A DNA stretch of 64,000 nt, taken from a virus (taxonomy: Duplodnaviria; Caudoviricetes). Position numbers and translations under genes: made by a program. The notes below the pieces were generated by a model. It saw only the letters and a list, made by a program, of their open reading frames with translations. It did no database searches and had not been told where the DNA came from. The stretch lies in IMG/VR virus record IMGVR_UViG_3300032234_000392, positions 32,001 through 96,000 of that record. One strand, 5' to 3'. Each line of letters begins with the position of its first letter. Position 1 is the stretch's first letter. Shown in pieces: positions 50,100-59,001 of the stretch.

Positions 50100-50920
50100 T
50101 AGAATACGGAATAGTTAAATGGTTTAATGATGCTAAGGATTATGGATTTATACTATCTGACAAAGATGGATCCTCTATCCTAGCAGAAAAGTGGAACATA
50201 AAAGCAGACCCTCAGGTACTGTTTGAACTTCAGCAGGTTTCTTTTGAAAGAATAGAAACAGAAGAAGGTAGTAAAGCTATCAACATTAATATACTTTCAT
50301 CGGTGATTGAACACAAACATTTAGCCATGCCAAGAATAAGTGTTTTCGACAATCTGTTGCCTATAGAGGTATGTAATAGTATTATTGAAAGACATTCTAG
50401 AAACGGAATGAATCCTAATTCGGGAAAACAATCTAGACAAGAATCTTTTCAACAGGTAACAGAATTGGTAGAAAATAGAGGTATCAGTCTAGGAGTAGAT
50501 CCCTATCATTATGATATACTAGCAACAGCTATTGTTAACTCTGCTAAAATTCCTTATAGTCACATAGAAGCTATTGATATCTATAACTATCCAGTGGGTA
50601 ATTATTTAGATTTGCATCACGACTATCCATACGATCCAAAACAAATTAACTATTATAGATATGGCGGAGATAGAGTAGGCACAGGAATCTTCTTTTTGAA
50701 CGACGACTTTGTAGGAGGACAAACAGCCTTTCCAAAATTAAATGTTGAAATTCAGCCCAAGGCTGGATCCTTTTTATATTTTGAACAAGGGTATGATGAA
50801 GCCACTAACTGGAGCACCATTCATGAAAGCAGAAAAATTACTCAAGGATGTAAGTGGATCGCCAGTTGTTTCTTTAGTGATCAACCTAGAGTAGGATACA
50901 AGGTAAGAGACTTTGACTGA
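50096..50920 (+). CDS. Cold-shock domain fused to a prolyl 4-hydroxylase-type 2OG-Fe(II) oxygenase
   Basis: G.VKWFNDAKDYGFI (CSD RNP1); Y..G.Y...HHD, FLND...GG.T.FP, P..G....F, H......G.KW. Confidence 0.85.
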   Translation: MIEYGIVKWFNDAKDYGFILSDKDGSSILAEKWNIKADPQVLFELQQVSFERIETEEGSKAININILSSVIEHKHLAMPRISVFDNLLPIEVCNSIIERHSRNGMNPNSGKQSRQESFQQVTELVENRGISLGVDPYHYDILATAIVNSAKIPYSHIEAIDIYNYPVGNYLDLHHDYPYDPKQINYYRYGGDRVGTGIFFLNDDFVGGQTAFPKLNVEIQPKAGSFLYFEQGYDEATNWSTIHESRKITQGCKWIASCFFSDQPRVGYKVRDFD

Positions 50921-51605
50921 TATTAGTAATTGGATTCCTTTTTTAAAAATAGACGAAGATGGCTCGAGATGTATGTCTCAGCAAACCTACGAACCGTTGT
51001 TTAATCCAGAACGCACTATATTTTGTGCCAATTATGATTGGGCCAACAAATATCAACGACAAGAAGATCCTAACAGAACGTTATATACTCCCGCAGTAAC
51101 TGATTGGTTCTTTGATAATGAAATACATAACTTATTAAAGTATAAAGATAAGACTTACACTCCTAATATTATAGACATCGACTATAACGCAAAACAGATA
51201 TTTTTTGAATGGCAGGGCGAAACCTGTAATGAAATTATCTACGGCGGTAAAAACTTAGATAATTACTGTAATAATTGGAAAGAACAACTTCGGTATATAA
51301 TGACAGATCTTTACAATACCGGAACATATAAATTGACTATGTATCCACATTGTCATTTTATACAGGAAGGTCAAATGAAAACAATAGACTGGTATGGATG
51401 CGTTCCAGTTGAACATCCATTTATCAATGCAGAATATATGGATGGAATTATTCACGAATCGGCTAAATTTAGATTGGCTGAAACCGGAGCTATTATTAAC
51501 AATCAGTATAATTTAGAAATTATGTTTCAACGTTCTATGCAAGAACACGTGAAATGGGGAGACTCTACAATGGAATATATCTACAAGGAAATTTTTAATG
51601 CCTAA
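50913..51605 (+). CDS. Divergent protein-kinase-like fold protein
   Basis: E...L, P.I.DID, YK..MYPHCHFI...MKTIDW; similar to 63239..63931. Confidence 0.5.
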   Translation: MTDISNWIPFLKIDEDGSRCMSQQTYEPLFNPERTIFCANYDWANKYQRQEDPNRTLYTPAVTDWFFDNEIHNLLKYKDKTYTPNIIDIDYNAKQIFFEWQGETCNEIIYGGKNLDNYCNNWKEQLRYIMTDLYNTGTYKLTMYPHCHFIQEGQMKTIDWYGCVPVEHPFINAEYMDGIIHESAKFRLAETGAIINNQYNLEIMFQRSMQEHVKWGDSTMEYIYKEIFNA

Positions 51606-52164
51606 CCGCATTGGTTCTACTAATGGGTTAATTGATTGGGACAATATTATAAAAAATATTGTGCCTCGTAGCGGAGATTATAACAGTCCTAGTACTGTCA
51701 CAGATCGAGTTAAAGATGATCCTAAGGTGAATCTTGGATATTACAAAGATATAATGGATACTTGGGAGAAAGCCAACTATAATTTTAAAAATATTGAATG
51801 GTGGGATTACTATCCGGGAGAACATTTCAACAGCAGTATACAAGATATATTTGCTAATATAGTCAACGCAGATCCTAAACGTGTATTCATTTCTGAAGTT
51901 ATGCCTGGCCAGTGTGTTCCGTATCATTGGGATGTAGAGGACAACGAAGATGAATGGCTAACACAGGGTAATCTTGTACGCTACGTCTGTTTTATAGATA
52001 AACCAAAATTTGCTCATGCATTTATGCTAGGTAATGAATGCTTTTGTAATATAGAACAAGGTGAAATATATCAATGGGATCATTATAGAGATTACCATGC
52101 TGGAACTAATGCTGGACAAAGTCCTTATTATCTTTTTCATTTTTTAGGAATCTCTAATGATTAA
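51598..52164 (+). CDS. 2OG-Fe(II) oxygenase (Asp/Asn beta-hydroxylase-like)
   Basis: PG..VPYHWD (HxD) and distal YHAGTN. Confidence 0.75.
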   Translation: MPNRIGSTNGLIDWDNIIKNIVPRSGDYNSPSTVTDRVKDDPKVNLGYYKDIMDTWEKANYNFKNIEWWDYYPGEHFNSSIQDIFANIVNADPKRVFISEVMPGQCVPYHWDVEDNEDEWLTQGNLVRYVCFIDKPKFAHAFMLGNECFCNIEQGEIYQWDHYRDYHAGTNAGQSPYYLFHFLGISND

Positions 52165-53005
52165 GAACATAGGAATATACGGCAATAGTATTGCAGGATA
52201 CAATGGGCAACAGCCCGATCATTTTATTACTTTGTTAAAAGAATATTTTAATGCAAATATAGTTCATTCCGGTATAACTCAATGTAGTGAAGAACGTATT
52301 CTTTTTAATTTAAAAAAAACAAAAAAATTAGACTTAGCAGTTGTATTTCATTCTCCGCCATACAATATTTTTGTTCCTAGTTGGGACAGAGATATTACCA
52401 GTGTCGATCGAACAACATTAAACAAAAAAATTAGTACTAAACAATGGATGAAATCGTGTGTAGGAGTTGAACCTAACACCGTTGAAAAATTATTTGATTC
52501 GATTCCAAATGGGGCATGTTGGCAGGTTTTATCTCATTTTAACATTAGTTTTGAAAACTACTCTGAAGCCTTTGAAAAATGGGCGGAGGGAGATTCGACA
52601 GAAATAAAAGAATTAGTCACCATTTATGCTAGGTCTAAACATCAGGATGCCGAATACTACAAAGGTCTTTTTGATGCCTTAGAGTTATCTAAAACATATT
52701 TGAGTCATCCGGACTTACAAATGAATAGGTATTACGGAGCAATGATTCAAATAGATCAATATTTAAAACATAAAAATATACCTTGTGTACATTTTTTAGA
52801 TAAAGAAAAATGGTATCCAGTCTGGGCAAAAATTGAATCAGGCCCAGTTGATCATGATTTAACAATCATAAACAAGGAAAATAGTAAATATTTTGTAGGT
52901 TATAATAAATCTTCTAATGCATTATCATCGGACGGTAATAAATTAATATTTGATAGAATTTTAGAACTTTTAAAAATCTCAAATGAGGTTCTAATAAATG
53001 ATTAA
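52157..53005 (+). CDS. SGNH-like protein (degenerate)
   Basis: IYGNSIA block I, G...CSE.RI; the expected catalytic His appears replaced (SSNALS). Confidence 0.5.
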   Translation: MIKNIGIYGNSIAGYNGQQPDHFITLLKEYFNANIVHSGITQCSEERILFNLKKTKKLDLAVVFHSPPYNIFVPSWDRDITSVDRTTLNKKISTKQWMKSCVGVEPNTVEKLFDSIPNGACWQVLSHFNISFENYSEAFEKWAEGDSTEIKELVTIYARSKHQDAEYYKGLFDALELSKTYLSHPDLQMNRYYGAMIQIDQYLKHKNIPCVHFLDKEKWYPVWAKIESGPVDHDLTIINKENSKYFVGYNKSSNALSSDGNKLIFDRILELLKISNEVLIND

Positions 53006-53555
53006 CTTTTTAGGAAATACCAATCTAATTATAGACTGGGATAATGTTATAAAAGATTTAGAAAACTGCGACAACAGTAATAAAAAGCCAGGACACGGTC
53101 CTACACATAAAGCTGGAGATCCAATTCCTCTTTTGAATGAAGTCACTGATATATGGACCAAAGAAGGATATAAAACTATTGAACTAGGCGGAACAGTGCA
53201 TTGGGACATGTTTTTTCCAGGAGTACATTACGATCAAAGTGTTGAAGATAAATTTTGTGAATTTTTTAAAATTGTCCCTAATTCTCGTTCGTGGATCAGT
53301 AGGATCTGGCCTGGACATCAAGCGCCGATGCATTGGGATGTACACGATGACGAAGCAGAACTATTAACAAAACCTGATATGCCAAGATGGCATTGTCATA
53401 TTGGAAAGCCAACATTTGGTCACCTATTTGTCTGCGAAAATGAAGTGTTTTATAACAAACAGCAAGGTGACACATTCCAGTGGGCGTCTCGTAGATATTG
53501 GCATGCTGGGACTAACTGTGGCCTAACACCTAAATACCTTTTTAACTTATATTAA
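52998..53555 (+). CDS. 2OG-Fe(II) oxygenase, paralog of 51598..52164
   Basis: PG..APMHWD and WHAGTN. Confidence 0.75.
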   Translation: MINFLGNTNLIIDWDNVIKDLENCDNSNKKPGHGPTHKAGDPIPLLNEVTDIWTKEGYKTIELGGTVHWDMFFPGVHYDQSVEDKFCEFFKIVPNSRSWISRIWPGHQAPMHWDVHDDEAELLTKPDMPRWHCHIGKPTFGHLFVCENEVFYNKQQGDTFQWASRRYWHAGTNCGLTPKYLFNLY

Positions 53556-53559
53556 TATT

Positions 53560-53742
53560 ATGACTGATAAACCTGTATTCACTGATCCTTTTTACATAGA
53601 TAAATTTATGGAAATACAACAACAGAATATTGTGCTGTATAAAATATTATTAAAAATTAAAGAAGATCCAGAATTATATAAAAACGTCACCGATAAGTTT
53701 GGTAATGATATTTTTAAAATTTTAGAACAATGTCCAGCCTAA
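53560..53742 (+). CDS. Hypothetical protein
   Basis: 60-aa ORF in operon. Confidence 0.55.
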   Translation: MTDKPVFTDPFYIDKFMEIQQQNIVLYKILLKIKEDPELYKNVTDKFGNDIFKILEQCPA

Positions 53743-54185
53743 CCTATTGTAGAGTCAAACTATCAGATACTGATTATCAAAAAGCAGACAATGCTATTTT
53801 GTTTGTGTATCCGCCTGTTGACAAATTAAAAAAAATCTATTTTGAGTATTGTGAACACAAAAAATTTGTCAGTGTTATGCCGTTATTTGAATCATATTTT
53901 ACAGACACAAATATCGATATTTGGGGATATACTGATCGAGACGTATTAGTAGCATTTAGTATTGTTAAAAAACACGATCAGCAAAATGTAGAAAGTTTGC
54001 AATTTGCGTGGAACTATAAAAATTCTAAATTAGAATTAGGTCATTTAAGTTTAGAACACGAGTGTGCCACTTATAAATCTCTAGGTTATAAGTATCTATA
54101 TCTTGGAGAAGCCAACAAATACAAATCTAAATTAAAAGGTTATGAGCTTTTAGGAAGTCTCCAAGACACTACTGAATCAAAATAA
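53730..54185 (+). CDS. Aminoacyl-tRNA--protein transferase-like (ATE1/Bpt C-terminal GNAT domain)
   Basis: LVAFS, W.Y....LELG..SL..E...K.LG.KYLYLG....YK pattern. Confidence 0.6.
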   Translation: MSSLTYCRVKLSDTDYQKADNAILFVYPPVDKLKKIYFEYCEHKKFVSVMPLFESYFTDTNIDIWGYTDRDVLVAFSIVKKHDQQNVESLQFAWNYKNSKLELGHLSLEHECATYKSLGYKYLYLGEANKYKSKLKGYELLGSLQDTTESK

Positions 54186-54634
54186 TCTTTATCCCAATGT
54201 TTGTAGTAGCCTAGGGGTTTTAAATATTCACTAGCTGCATTAAGTTTTTCTAATGACTGACATAAAATTAAATTATATTTTCCGTTGTTGAAACTTATAT
54301 CACCTACAGTTTCAGCAACAGCCACATGATCCTCTAGACATCCGTATCCTATTGGTACATACTTTTCATTGATTTTAGATACATCTTCGCTGAATTGTAT
54401 TGGGTCAACATCGTCATCACAGACTAGTATAATAACGTCTATTTTATCATTCCAATTAGAAAATATTTGGTCTATATCGCTAATATAATCTTTAGATTTT
54501 TGAAATTTAATTTTATCATTTAGTAAAGCAGATTTTGCAAACGGGCAACGCGGTAAATTATTTAAAAGCAGTTCTGGTTTACTTAAATCGTTAACAATCC
54601 AATTGGTTAGATATTGTTCATAATCCGTAGTCAT
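54140..54634 (-). CDS. Hypothetical protein (CPFA motif, DUF1415-like)
   Basis: LPRCPFAK motif; start MTTDYEQ at 54634. Confidence 0.6.
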   Translation of the reverse strand: MTTDYEQYLTNWIVNDLSKPELLLNNLPRCPFAKSALLNDKIKFQKSKDYISDIDQIFSNWNDKIDVIILVCDDDVDPIQFSEDVSKINEKYVPIGYGCLEDHVAVAETVGDISFNNGKYNLILCQSLEKLNAASEYLKPLGYYKHWDKDYFDSVVSWRLPKSS

Positions 54635-55799
54635 TTTGTCCGCCTCTACGAGCAACATCTAAAGTTAAACAGTGCCAACCGCCATCCCAGAAGAATCTAT
54701 GACGCAACGGACATACAATAGGAGTAATACCTCGACTTTCTAATAAAGAAATCAGCCTAGGACTATTGCTGTTAATTACCACATGCTTGTCGTCAATTAC
54801 TAAACTGTTAATATCAAAAATTGTTTCTTCAACAAATCCAGTCCAGTTAGGTAAGAAGGATTCTACAAAATGTGTAAAGTCATCATTCCGCTCTTCACCA
54901 GGAACCCACCACTTGCCCTTGTTTTTACTGCGTAAGTCTAACCATTCTCTAACACCGTCCCATCTAGAATCATTAAAGAAAACAACTTCCCAATTCTTAA
55001 AGGCCCCTTCAGATCCTTTGAACCAAGGTCCCGAAACTACCAATCCAGGTTTAAGAACAGTAAAAATGCTATCATTGTGTCCGCCAAGGTTGAGCGACTC
55101 GTAATCAAATATAGGATACTTGTCTTGTAGAAACTCAAGCAGCGTGGGTGTTTGATTTAAATCCACCAAACATTTTTTACCTATCCTTGTTAAATTAGGA
55201 CTACAAAATCCCATTAACACATTTTCTTCAATTAGCTTGCGTTTTTGTTCTTCAGTAAAATCTGCCAGTGTTTCGCCTAGATTACGATCTTTGATGTATC
55301 GTTCTAGACATTCTTCAGTTTGATAAAATTTATAGTTTCCATTGTATATACTTAAATCTACCTGATCTGCTCCAAACCATTCGACAAACTTTTTTGTATA
55401 ACCGGCGACTTCAAATGTTCTATCAGTAATAAGAATTTTATTACCCATAACCACAGCATCATCTCTGACTTGTAATGGACTTGTAGGAATCAAACTGTCT
55501 TTAACAAAGTCTGGATTATCACTGCCGTAGCCCAACTTGCCGTTGACATCTACATAGTCTAGTATGCTAGATTTATATCCCAGCTCTGTTGGTGTAGCCT
55601 GGAACACATCTACATTGTGTGATCTAAGTTGTTGTTTGAAATACTCAATGTCTTCGTTGGTTTCGTCTACAATGCGTTTGAGAACATCGCCAATTTTCTT
55701 ATTCTTGACACCGTCAAAAAAACTGCTGTCGTATATGCTGCCTACAACAACTGCTTCTAAGGGTTGAAATTCGTCCCAACTGTTTACTTTATTGTGCAT
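54618..55799 (-). CDS. Amidinotransferase (glycine/inosamine-P amidinotransferase family)
   Basis: VNSWDEFQPLEAVVVG, RDD, GH.D, FD.N, GGWHCLT; start ATG 55799. Confidence 0.85.
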   Translation of the reverse strand: MHNKVNSWDEFQPLEAVVVGSIYDSSFFDGVKNKKIGDVLKRIVDETNEDIEYFKQQLRSHNVDVFQATPTELGYKSSILDYVDVNGKLGYGSDNPDFVKDSLIPTSPLQVRDDAVVMGNKILITDRTFEVAGYTKKFVEWFGADQVDLSIYNGNYKFYQTEECLERYIKDRNLGETLADFTEEQKRKLIEENVLMGFCSPNLTRIGKKCLVDLNQTPTLLEFLQDKYPIFDYESLNLGGHNDSIFTVLKPGLVVSGPWFKGSEGAFKNWEVVFFNDSRWDGVREWLDLRSKNKGKWWVPGEERNDDFTHFVESFLPNWTGFVEETIFDINSLVIDDKHVVINSNSPRLISLLESRGITPIVCPLRHRFFWDGGWHCLTLDVARRGGQNDYGL

Positions 55800-56121
55800 C
55801 TGGCCAATCTCTAAAATAGGCATGCTGTATGTTGCCGCTTACAAACTGATTAAAACTTTTATGCTTGTCTTCTAACTCGCCTTCTAATGGTGCTACTCTT
55901 TGGAAAGCACTTTCTAATTGTGCCATTCCTGTAAACTCCATCATGATGTGCCATTCTGGTAAATTCTCAATGCTGCGAAATCCCATCTTGCATCTAGTGA
56001 TGCGAAAGCTGTGCATTTTGCCTTCATCGACAAGATGCTGAAGAAAACGTTTCATGTTGTTGACCCATTCAAGGTCGCTGATATTGCCCTCTTTGTCTGC
56101 CCAGATGTGATAAATGTCCAT
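55789..56121 (-). CDS. Small alpha/beta hypothetical protein (DUF6614-like)
   Basis: RCKMGF...LPEWHIMMEF..MAQL..AF...YFRDWP; TAAATA 4 nt upstream of ATG. Confidence 0.6.
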   Translation of the reverse strand: MDIYHIWADKEGNISDLEWVNNMKRFLQHLVDEGKMHSFRITRCKMGFRSIENLPEWHIMMEFTGMAQLESAFQRVAPLEGELEDKHKSFNQFVSGNIQHAYFRDWPDAQ

Positions 56122-56128
56122 GCTATAT

Positions 56129-57025
56129 TTACGAGTTTTTTATTTTTGTTAGAGGAATATCGGCAGCACAAGTACACCAGTCTCGAGTACAGATAATTGG
56201 GTCTGTTGGTCGAACAAATGTGCCTTGATATATATTGCCTAAACTGCCACCAACACGACAAGTGGCACGATGTACATCGCCGTCCCAATTGATCATGAGG
56301 CTTTCTAGTCCAGCATTGCATTGCCAACCTTTGAATTGATTTTGATGAGTTTTAATTATGTCGTTGGCATGCATTATTATTGAATCATCTACACGACAAT
56401 TTGTTTTCACCGTGGCTTCTTTGGCAATTATCCATTCTAAGTCCTTGCCATCATAACGCATGTCGTCAAACACATTATGATCCCCCTCAGTCCAGCGTAT
56501 TCTACGCACAGCATATTTGATACCGATTTCTTGGAACTTCTTAACTACAGTTCTAACATGATCCATTTTGTCGTGATGTGCCATGACATTGACAAAAAAC
56601 TCTCGCTCTGTGCTATCGTAATATTTTAGTATTGTATCAACAATTCGTGTCCAATCATGTTCAAAATGCAGACTAAACACAAGATGATTGAAAAACATTT
56701 CGTTGTTAAGATACCATTGATAGCCTCTAGTTCCATTGGTGGTTATATTCACCCAGTATATGTTTTTGCGTTTGAAGTAGTCAAGTAGATCTTCTATGTC
56801 TGGATGCACACAAGGTTCTCCGCCGGTTAGACTGATTCGTAAAGGCTTGTCTAATTCACATAATCTATCAACAGCAGCTTCTAGAACATTGATGTCTGTA
56901 TGCGGACTATAATTATCGTGTATACTAGCTGGGCAATAACTGCAATCGTAGTTGCAACGCTTGCCAAGATTCCACTCAACTTTGATTTGATCCTGATGTG
57001 GCCACGAACTTGTTATCTTAAACAT
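56129..57025 (-). CDS. Radical SAM protein with twitch-like domain
   Basis: CNYDCSYC, TGGEP, TTNG, C-terminal CNAG...C...C.C. Confidence 0.9.
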   Translation of the reverse strand: MFKITSSWPHQDQIKVEWNLGKRCNYDCSYCPASIHDNYSPHTDINVLEAAVDRLCELDKPLRISLTGGEPCVHPDIEDLLDYFKRKNIYWVNITTNGTRGYQWYLNNEMFFNHLVFSLHFEHDWTRIVDTILKYYDSTEREFFVNVMAHHDKMDHVRTVVKKFQEIGIKYAVRRIRWTEGDHNVFDDMRYDGKDLEWIIAKEATVKTNCRVDDSIIMHANDIIKTHQNQFKGWQCNAGLESLMINWDGDVHRATCRVGGSLGNIYQGTFVRPTDPIICTRDWCTCAADIPLTKIKNS

Positions 57026-58280
57026 ATGGCTTAAACTCGGGAGTCACATCTGTAAAACTTTGATTTCTTGTTAGATCCAACCTGCGATTGAATTCAATAC
57101 AGTCTTGCCACAACTCGCTTTGATCTTTGGCACGTAGGAAGTTTTGCACTCCTTCGATCTGCCCTAGAGTGATACCCATGAGTATTGGTCGCTCTTCGAT
57201 CATTTTATAATTGTGTATTTTACTCTTTACAGCTTCTAATCTATCATAGGCAATGTCTTTTAGAGGTTGTGGCATTGTTTGAATACTCAACACATTAGGA
57301 TATTGTACCATGTTGGTATAGAATACAATGCCTAGATCATCTAAAAAGTATTTGATCATTTTGTCCAATACCATGACATTGCTGACTTGCACAGCCACAG
57401 CACCTACAATGCGGCTGATGTTGGGTATTGTTTGTATTTGTTTAATATTGTTAATTAGTTCCGCCCACGAAGCGTTGCCTCGAACATATTCATAACTTGT
57501 ACCAATACCATCTATACTTACGTTTACTGCCACTGATTTGAACTTAGGCCAGTACTGCCATATGGTTCTATTGTTTTTGCCCAATGTGGTTAAATTAGTA
57601 GCATACTTGATTTCGATTTGATTGCCATATGGTACCAACATGTCTAAGATCCTATAGTGCTGCGGATCCATCAATGGCTCTCCACCTGCAAATTCTACCC
57701 GGCGAAAGTGTGGCAGATTCTTTTCTAGACTAGCCCACCACTCTGCATTGTCTTCAAACTTGTCTAGCAGTGGTTTATTTTCTAGATTATGTTCTTCTAC
57801 CATTTGATAAATTACTTGTCCCTCATCTTTGTAGAAGTCTTTGATTTCTGCCCAATCATTCCAGCTGGTACTGTCACCAGGATGACACATACGACACTTT
57901 AAGTTGCACAAATTATTAAGTTTGATTTCCATAGTAGGAATCTCAAACGGCATGGTAAAGTCGTGTGACATTTTGCTCACAGCATCTGGGTATAAAGTAA
58001 TACGTGCCTCTGGAATAACTCCAGCAATATGTCGCTGACGTAGACTCTCTACTCCCTGATCTTCTAAATTAAAACAAGGAGCACATTCTGATGGGCGTTC
58101 TCCGCTTAATACTTGTTTGCGAATGCGTTGCATCGTTTCGCCGTTCCAATGATATTCTAAGGGAGCGTCCTGAATAAATCCAATAGGATGACTGCGGCAG
58201 CATACCTGTATAGCACCGTCCTCTCGAGTTGCCAATCCCGTAAAAGGATGCATACAAAATGTTTTACTTTGATTGTTCAA
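57018..58280 (-). CDS. Radical SAM protein with N-terminal twitch/SPASM domain
   Basis: CMHPF...VCC...C..C at the N-terminus; CNLKCRMC; AGGEP. Start is uncertain (TTG 58280 chosen). Confidence 0.88.
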   Translation of the reverse strand: MNNQSKTFCMHPFTGLATREDGAIQVCCRSHPIGFIQDAPLEYHWNGETMQRIRKQVLSGERPSECAPCFNLEDQGVESLRQRHIAGVIPEARITLYPDAVSKMSHDFTMPFEIPTMEIKLNNLCNLKCRMCHPGDSTSWNDWAEIKDFYKDEGQVIYQMVEEHNLENKPLLDKFEDNAEWWASLEKNLPHFRRVEFAGGEPLMDPQHYRILDMLVPYGNQIEIKYATNLTTLGKNNRTIWQYWPKFKSVAVNVSIDGIGTSYEYVRGNASWAELINNIKQIQTIPNISRIVGAVAVQVSNVMVLDKMIKYFLDDLGIVFYTNMVQYPNVLSIQTMPQPLKDIAYDRLEAVKSKIHNYKMIEERPILMGITLGQIEGVQNFLRAKDQSELWQDCIEFNRRLDLTRNQSFTDVTPEFKPYV

Positions 58281-59001
58281 TGGCCCATGTCCTTTCTTTA
58301 CACCAAAAACACTTGCCGCATTGCGGAACAAATTGTTTTGGAATGTATGTTCTATAATCTAATCCTTCAAACTCGCCTTCGCAACTACGAGTTAAATCAA
58401 ATAATTCGTGAATACCTAACCGTCTATATTGTTTTAGCACCCACGATTTATCAACAAATCTAAAAGGATGACTTGCCACACGTCCCATATGAATCATAAA
58501 TTCTAAATGTTTATTATCTTCAGTTGGTACTAGATTTCGTTCGGTCATGCCACTGAACTCTGCAAGCGGTGGATTACAAGTGACAGCATTGTAATATGCA
58601 TCAACATTATGTTTGTTGCAAATGTATTCTGCATACGCTCTCTGTTGAATATTATCACCAGACACTTTCTTTCCATATTCATCAACAAGACTAGGACCTA
58701 TATTACCATATTCTAATTCAGGTGCAATAAAGTTAGTGTGCCTAATAAAGTTTGCATGATAGAATCGTTGAAATAACCAATGATAAACATTATCGGCATC
58801 AATTTGCTGCCAAGGTCGAGTCTTCCACATGCGAACATGATTAATAATGTGAATTTTTATAGCAGTGTCTTGTGCAAGATCGCAAATTAGATAGGCAAGT
58901 AATGCACTATCTGCACCTCCGCTTACACTAATAGCAACATCAGTCCAATTTTTATCAAATGGAATTTTTACTCCGTCAACATCATGAAAGGTATTATGCA
59001 T
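58264..59001 (-). CDS. QueC-like PP-loop ATPase
   Basis: SVSGGADS PP-loop; TRSCE...CGKCFWCKER zinc motif. Confidence 0.75.
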   Translation of the reverse strand: MHNTFHDVDGVKIPFDKNWTDVAISVSGGADSALLAYLICDLAQDTAIKIHIINHVRMWKTRPWQQIDADNVYHWLFQRFYHANFIRHTNFIAPELEYGNIGPSLVDEYGKKVSGDNIQQRAYAEYICNKHNVDAYYNAVTCNPPLAEFSGMTERNLVPTEDNKHLEFMIHMGRVASHPFRFVDKSWVLKQYRRLGIHELFDLTRSCEGEFEGLDYRTYIPKQFVPQCGKCFWCKERTWAIEQSK

